Source: Nitrososphaeraceae archaeon (GTDB lineage Archaea > Thermoproteota > Nitrososphaeria > Nitrososphaerales > Nitrososphaeraceae). From it: DNA of 64,000 nucleotides. The stretch lies in assembly GCA_035297365.1 (NCBI GenBank), contig DATGZA010000011.1, positions 87,609 to 151,608 on the forward strand, in the 5' to 3' direction. Shown one piece after another: positions 43,352-52,152 of this stretch. Numbering within the stretch: position 1 is the stretch's first letter; each line of letters starts with the position of its first letter. The translations under genes were made by a program, and so were the position numbers. The notes under the pieces are model-generated. The model searched no databases, was not told the origin of the DNA, and saw only the letters and a list, made by a program, of their open reading frames with translations.

Positions 43352-44704
43352 TTGGATAAGGATAGAAAAAAGATTAGGTCATATTCAACTCAGGCAAAGT
43401 TATCTTTACAAGCAATCCTAAAATCTATTGGTCCAAGTATAATTACAGGAGCAGCAGATAACGACCCATCAGCCATAACAACTTATTCTCAGGCAGGAGC
43501 AAAATTTGGATTTGGTCTTCTTTGGCTAGTTATATTTCTCTATCCATTCATTACAGTAATAGTCGGTATCTGTGCAAGAATTGGTATAGTAACAGGAAGT
43601 GGTTTGACATCAATTATATCCAGAAAATATTCAAAAAAGATTGCCCTTCCAATAGTATCTCTTCTTCTTATTGCTAATATAATAAATATAGGTGCAGATT
43701 TAGGAGCCATTAGCGGTTCTTTCGAACTTTTATTTCCTCAAATTCCCATCATTATTATTTCAATAATTTTTTCAGCCGTTATCTTACTAGCAGAAATTTT
43801 CATTTCCTATAATAAATACTCAAGAATACTAAGGTATCTCACATTAACTTTACTTGTCTATTTTATTACAGCACTTATTGTAGGGGGAAACTGGAATGAA
43901 ATATTATCATCCTCTTTACTACCTCATATAGAACTATCATCAGAATTTTTGATGATGATTGTGGCCATTTTTGGTTCTGCTTTGTCTCCATATCTGTTAT
44001 TTTGGCAGACTTCTGAGGAAGCAGAAGAAGATGTTGCCAAAAATAAATTAAAGGAAATAAGAGGAGGAAGATTTGAAAAGCTGAAGATATCCAATAGAGA
44101 AATCAAATTAGTAAAAGTTGATGTGGCAATAGGGATGGCATTTGCAGTATTTATTATGTGGTCAATTATGGTAACAACTGCAGGAAGCCTTCATGCTAAT
44201 GAAATATATGAAATACAGACTGCAAAACAGGCTGCACAAGCACTAGAACCCCTAGTTAAAAAATTTCCTTATTCAGGTGAGACATCAGAAATAATTTTTG
44301 CAATAGGCATAATCGGAACAGGACTCCTTGCGATACCTGTTTTAGCAGGAACCTGTGGATATGCATTGTCTGATTTATTAGGATGGAAGGAAGGCTTAAG
44401 CAAAAAATTTAGTCAAGCAATACCATTTTATCTTGTAATACTTATCTCAACATTTATTGGGTTAATAATCAACTATGTGACTGCAATAAATCCAATTCAG
44501 ATGTTATTATATGCTGCAACTATTAATGGCATTATTTTAGTTCCAATATTAGTATTAATAATGAGAATTGCTATTGACAAGGACATACTTGGTAATAGAA
44601 TTAATGGATTATTTTCTAATGTTGTTGGCTGGTCTACTGTTATAATATTAAGTGTATCAGTACTAGCCTTTATGTTTTTAAATTTCTTTAAACTTTTATT
44701 TTGA
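43352..44704 (+). CDS. NRAMP/MntH-family divalent metal transporter
   Basis: GPSIITGAADNDPSAITTYSQAGA, SPYLLFWQTSEE. Confidence 0.9.
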   Translation: MDKDRKKIRSYSTQAKLSLQAILKSIGPSIITGAADNDPSAITTYSQAGAKFGFGLLWLVIFLYPFITVIVGICARIGIVTGSGLTSIISRKYSKKIALPIVSLLLIANIINIGADLGAISGSFELLFPQIPIIIISIIFSAVILLAEIFISYNKYSRILRYLTLTLLVYFITALIVGGNWNEILSSSLLPHIELSSEFLMMIVAIFGSALSPYLLFWQTSEEAEEDVAKNKLKEIRGGRFEKLKISNREIKLVKVDVAIGMAFAVFIMWSIMVTTAGSLHANEIYEIQTAKQAAQALEPLVKKFPYSGETSEIIFAIGIIGTGLLAIPVLAGTCGYALSDLLGWKEGLSKKFSQAIPFYLVILISTFIGLIINYVTAINPIQMLLYAATINGIILVPILVLIMRIAIDKDILGNRINGLFSNVVGWSTVIILSVSVLAFMFLNFFKLLF

Positions 44705-44844
44705 TATAAATAATATATTCCAGGCCAGGATTCGAACATCAAAAACGCATTCCGCTAGATTGAAATCTAGCAAAAATAAGTGACAGAACATACAAAGACA
44801 TAAAATAAAATTACAAGTTGCTTGTAACAATACACCGGCATACC

Positions 44845-45237
44845 ATGAAATGTTTGTCATTAAAACAGCCTTTTGCAGACCTTTTAGCTCATGGTGAAAA
44901 GACAATAGAGCTAAGAAAATGGAATACTTCATTCCGAGGAGAATTTCTAATTCATGCTTCAAAAACTATCGATATAGAATCCTCTGAAAGACTAGATATG
45001 AATAGCAACAAGTTTACAATAGGAGCAATAATAGGTTCTGCTTTTCTATATGATGTTAAAGAATATAGTAATCGAGAAGAATTCGAAAAGGATAGACACA
45101 AACACTTTTCTGTGATTACCAAGTATTTTGAAGGTTATAGATATGGTTTCTTGATTAGAGATGCAAAGTTGTTAAAAAATCCAATCCCTTATCCAGGCAA
45201 GTTAAGATTCTTTGAAGTTGATGAAAATATAATTTGA
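44845..45237 (+). CDS. ASCH domain protein
   Basis: MKCLSLKQPFA...GEKTIELRKWNT.FRGEFLIHAS; likely start at ATG 44845. Confidence 0.88.
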   Translation: MKCLSLKQPFADLLAHGEKTIELRKWNTSFRGEFLIHASKTIDIESSERLDMNSNKFTIGAIIGSAFLYDVKEYSNREEFEKDRHKHFSVITKYFEGYRYGFLIRDAKLLKNPIPYPGKLRFFEVDENII

Positions 45238-45463
45238 AAATAATATACAACAGTGTCATATCTTCTGCAACATCCAATAGCTAAATCTAATTGTTAAAAT
45301 TACTTAAAGTTATAATACCTATTATAATTTTAAATCATAAAAATTAGGTTGCTAATATTATAAAAATTTATACTTGAAGATACTATTACTTATTCTGTTG
45401 TTTCACCAAAATAATCGTGGTCTGATTTCTTTACCGAAATAATTAATGATAGTTTTCATTCGT

Positions 45464-45718
45464 TTATGACTCCTCTTCTCCTACGGGTTCTCTAATTGCT
45501 TGAATCTGTCCGCTTTTGAACTGAGTGTCGATAGAGACCCAGAGAGGTTTTTCATATCTTAATATATTTATAATATCATTAAACCTATCTATATTATAAA
45601 AAATATCAAATGTTCCATCTTGGTTTATGATATTCTTAGGAAGAGGTGACTCGTCTACAAATCTAAGTGTGCCGATACTGTTGTTGTCCTTATCGGAGAG
45701 GTGTATATATGCACTCAT
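45464..45718 (-). CDS. hypothetical protein, probably 5'-truncated by RA site
   Basis: RFNDIINILRYEKPL...EPVGEEES; the ORF-track N-terminus MQNCVKIS is just the RA repeat read on the minus strand. Confidence 0.5.
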   Translation of the reverse strand: MSAYIHLSDKDNNSIGTLRFVDESPLPKNIINQDGTFDIFYNIDRFNDIINILRYEKPLWVSIDTQFKSGQIQAIREPVGEEES

Positions 45719-45732
45719 TCTAGGCACTGGCT

Positions 45733-45769
45733 GATGATTATCACTGATTTTGACACAATTTTGCATTTC
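45733..45769 (+). repeat. att-like site, RA arm (core lost)
   Basis: GATGATTATCACTGATTTTGACACAATTTTGCATTTC. Confidence 0.7.
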
Positions 45770-46048
45770 AGAAAGTATTGTTACTATTAATTCAAAATAT
45801 AAAAATCAATGCAGACTTTTTGGATAGTTGGGATGAGTTGTAGGTCTTTTTAATAATCTAAAATTGAGGAATAAACTTAATTACCGTAAAGTTATTTTGC
45901 GCTTAAATCTTTCTCAATACTTGAAAACTCTTTCAATCATAACTAGGCCGGCTCTAAAAATAGAGAAGCAACCCCTGCCAACATATTTTGTTAATTTAAT
46001 TTCAGTAATTAAATGAATAAAATTAGGATGATTGATAACTAATGATCT

Positions 46049-47059
46049 ATGTTCATGTACTTACTGGTTCTACTCCTTGCGGTCAGTTTTACAGTATCAC
46101 TCATCCCCCAAACCCTAGTCGCACAAGTCGAACCAGGATTAACTCCTGCAGTGATTATAAAATCCATGATGCAAGAATTCTCAGTCCCATCAGGCTCCCA
46201 ACCTCACGATGTAGCACCTGCAAAGAATGGTTCGATTTGGTATACCGCCCAGGGTTCAGGAGAATTGGGAATATTAGATCCAACTACAGGCAAGACTCAT
46301 CACATCTCATTAGGCCAGGGATCTGCGCCTCATGGTGTTGTCGTAGGACCAGATGGCGCCCCATGGATTACGGATGGAGGTCTAAATGCCATTGTACGCG
46401 TTGATCCAGAAACTGAAGATCTTAAAATATTTTCACTGCCTGGGGATACTGGTTATGCGAATTTGAATACCGCTACATTTGATCGTAATGGAGTTCTGTG
46501 GTTTACAGGTCAAAGCGGGATCTACGGGCGCTTGGATCCATCACAGGGTAAAGTCGAGCTCTTTAAAGCACCCGGCGGAATAGGGCCTTATGGTATCTCG
46601 ACAACCCCAGAAGGGTCAGTTTACTTTGCGTCGTTGGCCGGTGGATACATTGCTCGTATCAATTTAGAAACGGGAAATGTTACTGTGCTGCAGCCTCCTA
46701 CGCAGGATCAAGGAGCGCGACGGATTTGGTCTGATTCTCAAGATCGAGTTTGGTTCACCGAATGGAACGTAGGAAAATTGGGTCTATACAATCCTTTTAC
46801 CTCTACATGGAAAGAATGGAAACTTCCGGGAAATGATCCGCAACCATATGCTATATTTGTCGACAACAAGGATATTGTATGGTTGAGCGATTTTGGTTCA
46901 AATGCTCTAGTTCGGTTTGATCCGTCGCAAGAAAAGTTTGAACTTTTCTCCTTGCCAACTCCTGGAGCCGATGTGCGTCAACTACTTGGCCGGAGCGGTG
47001 AAGTATGGGGAGCAGAATCTGGAGCTGATAAACTGATAGTACTTCGATCCAGTAATTAA
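46049..47059 (+). CDS. Vgb-family (virginiamycin B lyase-like) beta-propeller
   Basis: PHDVAP..GSIWYTAQGSG, PHGVVVGPDGAPWITDGG, ARRIWSDS. Confidence 0.88.
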   Translation: MFMYLLVLLLAVSFTVSLIPQTLVAQVEPGLTPAVIIKSMMQEFSVPSGSQPHDVAPAKNGSIWYTAQGSGELGILDPTTGKTHHISLGQGSAPHGVVVGPDGAPWITDGGLNAIVRVDPETEDLKIFSLPGDTGYANLNTATFDRNGVLWFTGQSGIYGRLDPSQGKVELFKAPGGIGPYGISTTPEGSVYFASLAGGYIARINLETGNVTVLQPPTQDQGARRIWSDSQDRVWFTEWNVGKLGLYNPFTSTWKEWKLPGNDPQPYAIFVDNKDIVWLSDFGSNALVRFDPSQEKFELFSLPTPGADVRQLLGRSGEVWGAESGADKLIVLRSSN

Positions 47060-47101
47060 GCGATATATTATAACGATATTATTTCACTTGCAACTACAAT
47101 A

Positions 47102-47144
47102 CGGGCTCGGAGGGCTTCGAGTTTGACATGTAGTTGGGATCGGT
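47102..47144 (+). repeat. att-like site core-RB (consensus copy)
   Basis: CGGGCTCGGAGGGCTTCGAGTTTGACATGTAGTTGGGATCGGT. Confidence 0.9.
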
Positions 47145-47162
47145 AATCTTGTTTTTATATTT

Positions 47163-47396
47163 TTAGTAACTTATTAAAATATTACTAAAATAATGTTTAC
47201 TAGACCCTTTTTGTAACCATTCGTTTCGTATAAGTTTTTCCCATTTAGCAAGATTATCATAAGTATTGAACCTAAATATAATCATATATTCTGATTTAGA
47301 TTTAATACTGGCATTAGAAGTTGGTCTAATTATATCAATACCCATACTTCCCTCTTGTCTAGAGACTTCCTTGGATTCCTGAAAGCCATTCTTCAA
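47163..47396 (-). pseudogene. antibiotic-biosynthesis-monooxygenase-like fragment
   Basis: GIDIIRP...EYMIIFRFNTYDNLAKWE; both ends appear missing. Confidence 0.5.
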
Positions 47397-48107
47397 ATTC
47401 TTTAATTCTTACAAAAATATTTTATTTTTCTTTATTAGTAGTATCTATATTTACTATATATGAAAAATCAATTCCCTACAGCAATGGTGAAACTAAATTA
47501 TCTATGATCCTCTATCTTTTATTCAATGATATATTTAGCTTTTTTATTCAACCTTTTGTATAACCTAGTAGAATAAGGTGCAAAAATAAGAGTCTGTTGT
47601 AGAAATACTATTATATTGTATTTAGCTTTTATTGTTAGAAACTTATTTAATATTAAATCAAATCAGTATATAATAATAGGCTCATTTTCATACGGGTTCG
47701 GTGGACTGATGTAGAATTTTAAATACAGTGCTATCATTTATTTTTTTTAAAAAGCCATAACCTTCCCTGAAGCCAAGGATGCATATAGAAGGCTATGGTA
47801 TGCCACAAGTTCTTTGGACGACTTTTTTGGTTGAAATGTAAATAAATCTTTGTTAGCTATAATATTTAACGATTTGAGATAAATTAATTGTCATAGCCTG
47901 AACTGCTAGAAGATAATCTCCCTGATGATTCAGATTCTGACGATTTGCCTATCTATCTGTCTATCTGGGAGAAGATTGGATAGAGTATATTGTAATAATT
48001 ATAGAAAAAAATAATATTTATCAGTTTTACAAATTCTCTTTTATTTTCTGAAATTAATACTTATAATAAATGTCTGTTATTATGATAAAAAGTAAAAAAA
48101 ATAGGGT

Positions 48108-48887
48108 TTAAGGTCTCAATGGTGGATTGTCAAAACATTCTACATCGGGAGTGACGAAACCATTTCCACTATTTATTCCAAATACTGTAATATTCCATCC
48201 AGTATGAGTAGCCAACGGTTCACTTGATATTAGTAGAGGTATTGCGGGAAGTAAACCTGGTTCGGGGATGCCAATTTGCCCAACTTCAAAACTTCCACTT
48301 AATGCTGTGTCGCCTGGGTCACAATTCGCTACTGCACTACCAAAATCACGAGTAAAAATCCTGTCGTTAGTTTCACCTACATTAGTATAGACGTTAGTAG
48401 GGTTTATTGTGCTAGGACCTTGTGGAAGCTCATCCTTTAACTGTTCGTTGTCATTAGCATTTACACAAACATTTACTAGATTTCTGTCAAAGTTTATTCT
48501 ATCTGCAAGTCCGTTACCATTCTCTGTATTTGCTGCTTCTGGACCTCCTTCATTTGCTGCTCCTAAGGCAGTATTGTCGTGAGGTATCTCGGTAACATCT
48601 ACACCATTTACGTTGACGTTACTATTTCTACAATTTATTTTCTGGATATCTCCATAACTTTTTGAATCTTTTTTATCGTAACTATACCTATTGTCGTCTT
48701 GATAATAGTAGTTGCTATCATCTCCATATTGATCACCATAGGAATGTCGATCATCATAATCTCCACTGCCATATGGCACTGCTTGTGCATTTGTAATTGT
48801 TGACGGGTTCAGAGCCAATATACTTGTCGCTAGTATTGCTCCCAGTACAGAAGCAAAAACTATCATTCTATTGTTACTATCGGTCAT
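48108..48887 (-). CDS. secreted CxNxNxNVNG-family protein with C-terminal A.C..GD.ALSG domain
   Basis: Signal peptide, Y/D-rich segment, QKINCRNSNVNVNG...DRNLVNVCVN, C-terminal CFDNPPLRP. Confidence 0.85.
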   Translation of the reverse strand: MTDSNNRMIVFASVLGAILATSILALNPSTITNAQAVPYGSGDYDDRHSYGDQYGDDSNYYYQDDNRYSYDKKDSKSYGDIQKINCRNSNVNVNGVDVTEIPHDNTALGAANEGGPEAANTENGNGLADRINFDRNLVNVCVNANDNEQLKDELPQGPSTINPTNVYTNVGETNDRIFTRDFGSAVANCDPGDTALSGSFEVGQIGIPEPGLLPAIPLLISSEPLATHTGWNITVFGINSGNGFVTPDVECFDNPPLRP

Positions 48888-49023
48888 TACACTATTAAAT
48901 ACGAATTTAATATATCTGTGGTTGGAAGGAACATTATCTAATCTTGTAATATTTTATCATGCTGAATTATTGACTATAAGAAGAATAGAAAATGATGTTA
49001 AGGTGGAAAGTGAAATCCTAGCA
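48888..49023 (-). promoter_or_regulatory. motif C leader, copy 4
   Basis: Aligns with copies 1-3, 5, 6; directly upstream of ATG 48887. Confidence 0.8.
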
Positions 49024-49087
49024 TTACAGCAACCAATACAGGTCCACGAAAGACCCAAGATAAGAAATAATATCAGCATGACTAGCA

Positions 49088-49109
49088 TGGAGGGGATGGG
49101 ATTTGAACC
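49088..49109 (+). repeat. tRNA 3'-end-like remnant
   Basis: Reverse complement GGTTCAAAT-CCCAT-CCCCTCC-A. Confidence 0.5.
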
Positions 49110-49186
49110 AGTTACGTGCATTCACTGGTTTGTGCAGTTCATACTAAAGAAACAGATAGAAACTAAAATTGAAGAATTATAGATAT

Positions 49187-49363
49187 TTAATCTTCAAAGA
49201 AAGGTCTATGTTGAACATCGAAACCTGGAGATATATTTGCAAATTGCATTATTGTGATCATTTTGCATATTTTGTCCTGTAACTCTGAATGTTCAATGAA
49301 TTTCTTTTTACAAATAGGACATTTAGTTTCTTTTCCTACATTCATAATGATACTATCGCTCAT
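49187..49363 (-). CDS. small zinc-finger-like protein (58 aa) behind motif C
   Basis: Hand translation MSDSIIMNVGKETKCPICKKKFIEHSELQDKICKMITIMQFANISPGFDVQHRPFFED*. Confidence 0.5.
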   Translation of the reverse strand: MSDSIIMNVGKETKCPICKKKFIEHSELQDKICKMITIMQFANISPGFDVQHRPFFED

Positions 49364-49499
49364 TACATTGTTAAATACGAATTTAATTTATCTAAGGTTA
49401 GAAGGAACATTATCTGATCTTGTATTATTTCAACATTCTGAATTATTGACTATAAGAAGAATAGAAAATTATGTTAAGGTAGAAAGTACAACCCTAGCA
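49364..49499 (-). promoter_or_regulatory. motif C leader, copy 5
   Basis: TACATTGTTAAATACGAATTTAATTTATCTAAGGTTAGAAGGAACATTATCT...GTTAAGGTAGAAAGT. Confidence 0.8.
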
Positions 49500-49970
49500 C
49501 TGCTCCACCCAACCTGGTAAGTTCCCACGAAGAAAGAATATGGCTAGAATAATAAATTAATTAATGTATAATTCTAAAAAAGGAATAAGAATAAAATTTT
49601 ATCAAAGAATCTATAACTAATGTTTTTATTAATACATATATATGATGAAATCAGCGATTAAAAAGTTGTCCACCTGAAAGAGTTGTCCTGATACATAAGA
49701 TGAAAAAGTTTTGCAGGAAAAATACCGGAGTTATTTATACTGGTATTATAGTTATTCAATTTGATCTAAATTGTTACTCATTTTATGTCATCTTTAATTG
49801 ATCAAATAATATTTTTATAATTCAAACTTATTGATTGTTATCATGTTAAAGAATCTTTATCGTATTAGTATAATGTAATATTGGATATAAAAAGAATAAT
49901 GATAATCTTGACCATATATTAAAGATATATTATTCTATTATAAAAAATCGTTTCCAACATACATAAAAAT

Positions 49971-50098
49971 ATCGTTTTGATACCTTTCAGAAGTTCGCTG
50001 AGATACTAATATTCATAAAATTCAATGAGCAAAGTAGCATTATTCCTGTTTGCAAGTGCATCTACTTTTTTCAGAATATTTGCTAACTTTGTTGGCAT
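49971..50098 (-). pseudogene. tyrosine-integrase N-terminal stub (copy B)
   Basis: MPTKLANILKKVDALANRNNATLLIEFYEY..(frameshift)..RTSERYQND; resembles thaumarchaeal integrase N-termini (recalled, not searched); ATG 59 bp from core at 50157. Confidence 0.65.
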
Positions 50099-50145
50099 CT
50101 TCCTGATGACTCCTGTTCACTTCTAGTATCTATAGTATATGAGCC

Positions 50146-50202
50146 CAATTGGTTGACGGGCTCGGAGGATTGTCAACTGTTTTTGACACAATTTTGTAGT
50201 TC
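50146..50202 (+). repeat. att-like site L3-core-RA (consensus copy)
   Basis: CAATTGGTTGACGGGCTCGGAGGATTGTCAACTGTTTTTGACACAATTTTGTAGTTC. Confidence 0.9.
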
Positions 50203-50280
50203 AGAATAAGTATATACTTCAAAGAAGAATGAATGATTTTTAATATGGTTTATAATAATTTCATCTTACTAATAATGCTA

Positions 50281-50715
50281 ATGGTAGAAATGACCAAAGA
50301 TGAAATCCAAAATTTTCTTTTAAAAGACACTTTTACAGGGAAACTCGGGACAATTAACAAGAATGGAACACCTCATGTCGTCACTATTTGGTATACTTTA
50401 GATGAGGAAGATAATATTTTATTTAATACCGATTATAATTCAGTAAAAGCAAAAAATATTCAACGTGACAATCGAGTTCGTTTATGTGTAGACGATCAGA
50501 CTCCTCTTTTCTCATTTGTTACTATAGACGGTATAGCAGAAATAATTAGTAAAGAACCAAGAGAAGTTTACAAATGGGCTAAAATTATTGCGGCAAGGTA
50601 TATGGGAAATGATAAGGCAGAAGAGTATGGTAGGAGAAATAGTTCAGAAGGTGAACTATTGATAAAAATAACACCAACCAAAGTTATCGGTCAAAAAGAT
50701 ATAGCAGGATGGTAA
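50281..50715 (+). CDS. PPOX-class F420-dependent oxidoreductase, copy 2
   Basis: Close paralog of 35704-36138; start taken at ATG 50281 by alignment. Confidence 0.9.
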   Translation: MVEMTKDEIQNFLLKDTFTGKLGTINKNGTPHVVTIWYTLDEEDNILFNTDYNSVKAKNIQRDNRVRLCVDDQTPLFSFVTIDGIAEIISKEPREVYKWAKIIAARYMGNDKAEEYGRRNSSEGELLIKITPTKVIGQKDIAGW

Positions 50716-50785
50716 ATTAATTCATTTTTTCATAGTTGGATTTATTTATAATTTTTAAATTACATATTTAAAAATCGGTACACCA

Positions 50786-51122
50786 GTTGTTGATGTTATA
50801 TTGGTTCTGAGGTCTTGGAGTATGTCATGTAATTGGGATCGGTTTTCTGTTATTTTATTTTACTTTGTAATATCAAGATCAGTGTGAAGACAATATGTTA
50901 ACTCGGGCAGTTGAATTCGAACTCCTAAGGAGTAGAACTGGATTTGTATCAATTAAATAGATGATATATTTGCTTCTAGATCTAACTATTTTTAGGATCA
51001 GACATTACATCAATATACCTGTAAATATTCTCTATTATAAATAAAGATAAACCACTTTGTTGTAATTATAATTGCGATTACATCCTCATGCGGCACCGTG
51101 TGTTTCCGGAACGAAGAAAGTG
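50786..51122 (+). repeat. att-like site L4-RB plus ~280-bp non-coding tail
   Basis: GGTTCTGAGGTCTTGGAGTATGTCATGTAATTGGGATCGGTTTTCTGTTATTT...ATGTTAACTCGGG...TTCGAAC...TCTATTATAAATAAAGATAAAC...TCCGGAACGAAGAAAGTG; matches 55770-56069. Confidence 0.8.
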
Positions 51123-51213
51123 GACATTTGTCGACCACTTTCTACTCCGGAATTACTGATAATTCTTGATATTAAATTCTTGATATCGCTAGAATAACGA
51201 TAGATTAATTAAT

Positions 51214-51414
51214 TTAGATAAGGTCTTGGACTATACGACCACAATCATGACACTGTAACCAGTCATAACAGTCATGTGGTAGTTCTCCATTGATTAATTC
51301 CTCTTTTTTGTATAGCCGTGGAATTAATTGAACATAAATTCCCACTTCCAGACATCGAGGACACCAGCTCGTATTAGGAATATCTACTGGACTTGGTTTA
51401 TCTAACATTGACAA
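51214..51414 (-). CDS. small zinc-ribbon protein
   Basis: WCPRC...LQCHDCG. Confidence 0.6.
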   Translation of the reverse strand: MSMLDKPSPVDIPNTSWCPRCLEVGIYVQLIPRLYKKEELINGELPHDCYDWLQCHDCGRIVQDLI

Positions 51415-51627
51415 GGGATACCACTAAACTAATAAAATTATATATGTATAATGATACAATATTTCAAAATTATTTTATATTTGGGTTGCAAGAAAGATGT
51501 GAATGTTGTCTTAAATTAACATCCATCCATGAAAATCTACATGTATGGTGGTTATCTTTTGTATCCTTTTTAGCCCCCATTTTGTTATGTCTTTCTATCT
51601 ATTAAGCATTGGAGACAAGAACCTCCG

Positions 51628-51900
51628 CTATGTAGAATCTTTGTTTATAACAAGCATCTCTTTTGTTGTTGCTACTATTACTTTGCCATGTGCTTTTCTC
51701 CGTTTGATTCTTTCATAAAATGTTCTCATGTGATGGTCATATCTTCCTGCGGATAATGAACACTGTACTAGTATCCATCTCAGCAAACGAGAACCATGTT
51801 TGGCGATTCTATCTGTTTTTGTTTTTCCAGATGATTCTCTTGTTGATGGTGCAAGTCCTGCATAACTAACAAGTTTCCAGGGTGTTGCAAATAATACCAG
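51628..51900 (-). mobile_element. IS110-family transposase C-terminal remnant
   Basis: KLVSYAGLAPSTRESSGK...KHGSRLLRWILVQ...FYERIK...KVIVA. Confidence 0.85.
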
Positions 51901-52152
51901 GCTATTGAGTACATGGATTCTAAAAATGATCAATTAATTTTAGTATTATTTTTCAATCTGAAGACATTGATTTGTTAAAATAAATCTTTTAAAATTAAAT
52001 AATTCATTAAAAAATATTCAATATATAGTCATTACTTCAGTTAACAACAAATATTCAATATTTTTTAAAAAAATTTTAACTGCCAAAATATAACATCATA
52101 TGAAATAATCATTACAATATAGTTAAGTGATAAAGATAGAACTACTATTTGA

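Noticed and set aside
47102-47144. Functional tRNA genes at the cores
   Set aside because: Only the 3' 12-19 nt are present; no D-arm or anticodon arm upstream on the minus strand.
29205-47716. Additional very degenerate cores at ~29205 (GAGGGGGCTTAAG) and ~47693 (CGGGTTCGGTGGACT)
   Set aside because: No recognisable RA or RB arm follows; too weak to count without a PWM score.
28511-49520. Similar ORFs 28511-28696, 29285-29467, 48871-49182 and 49254-49520 as a protein family
   Set aside because: They are antisense read-throughs of the motif C promoter repeat with inconsistent starts and stops; copies 1 and 6 give no equivalent ORF in the track.
50182-50187. TTGACA as a bacterial -35 promoter box
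   Set aside because: Host appears archaeal, there is no consistent -10 box, and downstream genes are in both orientations.
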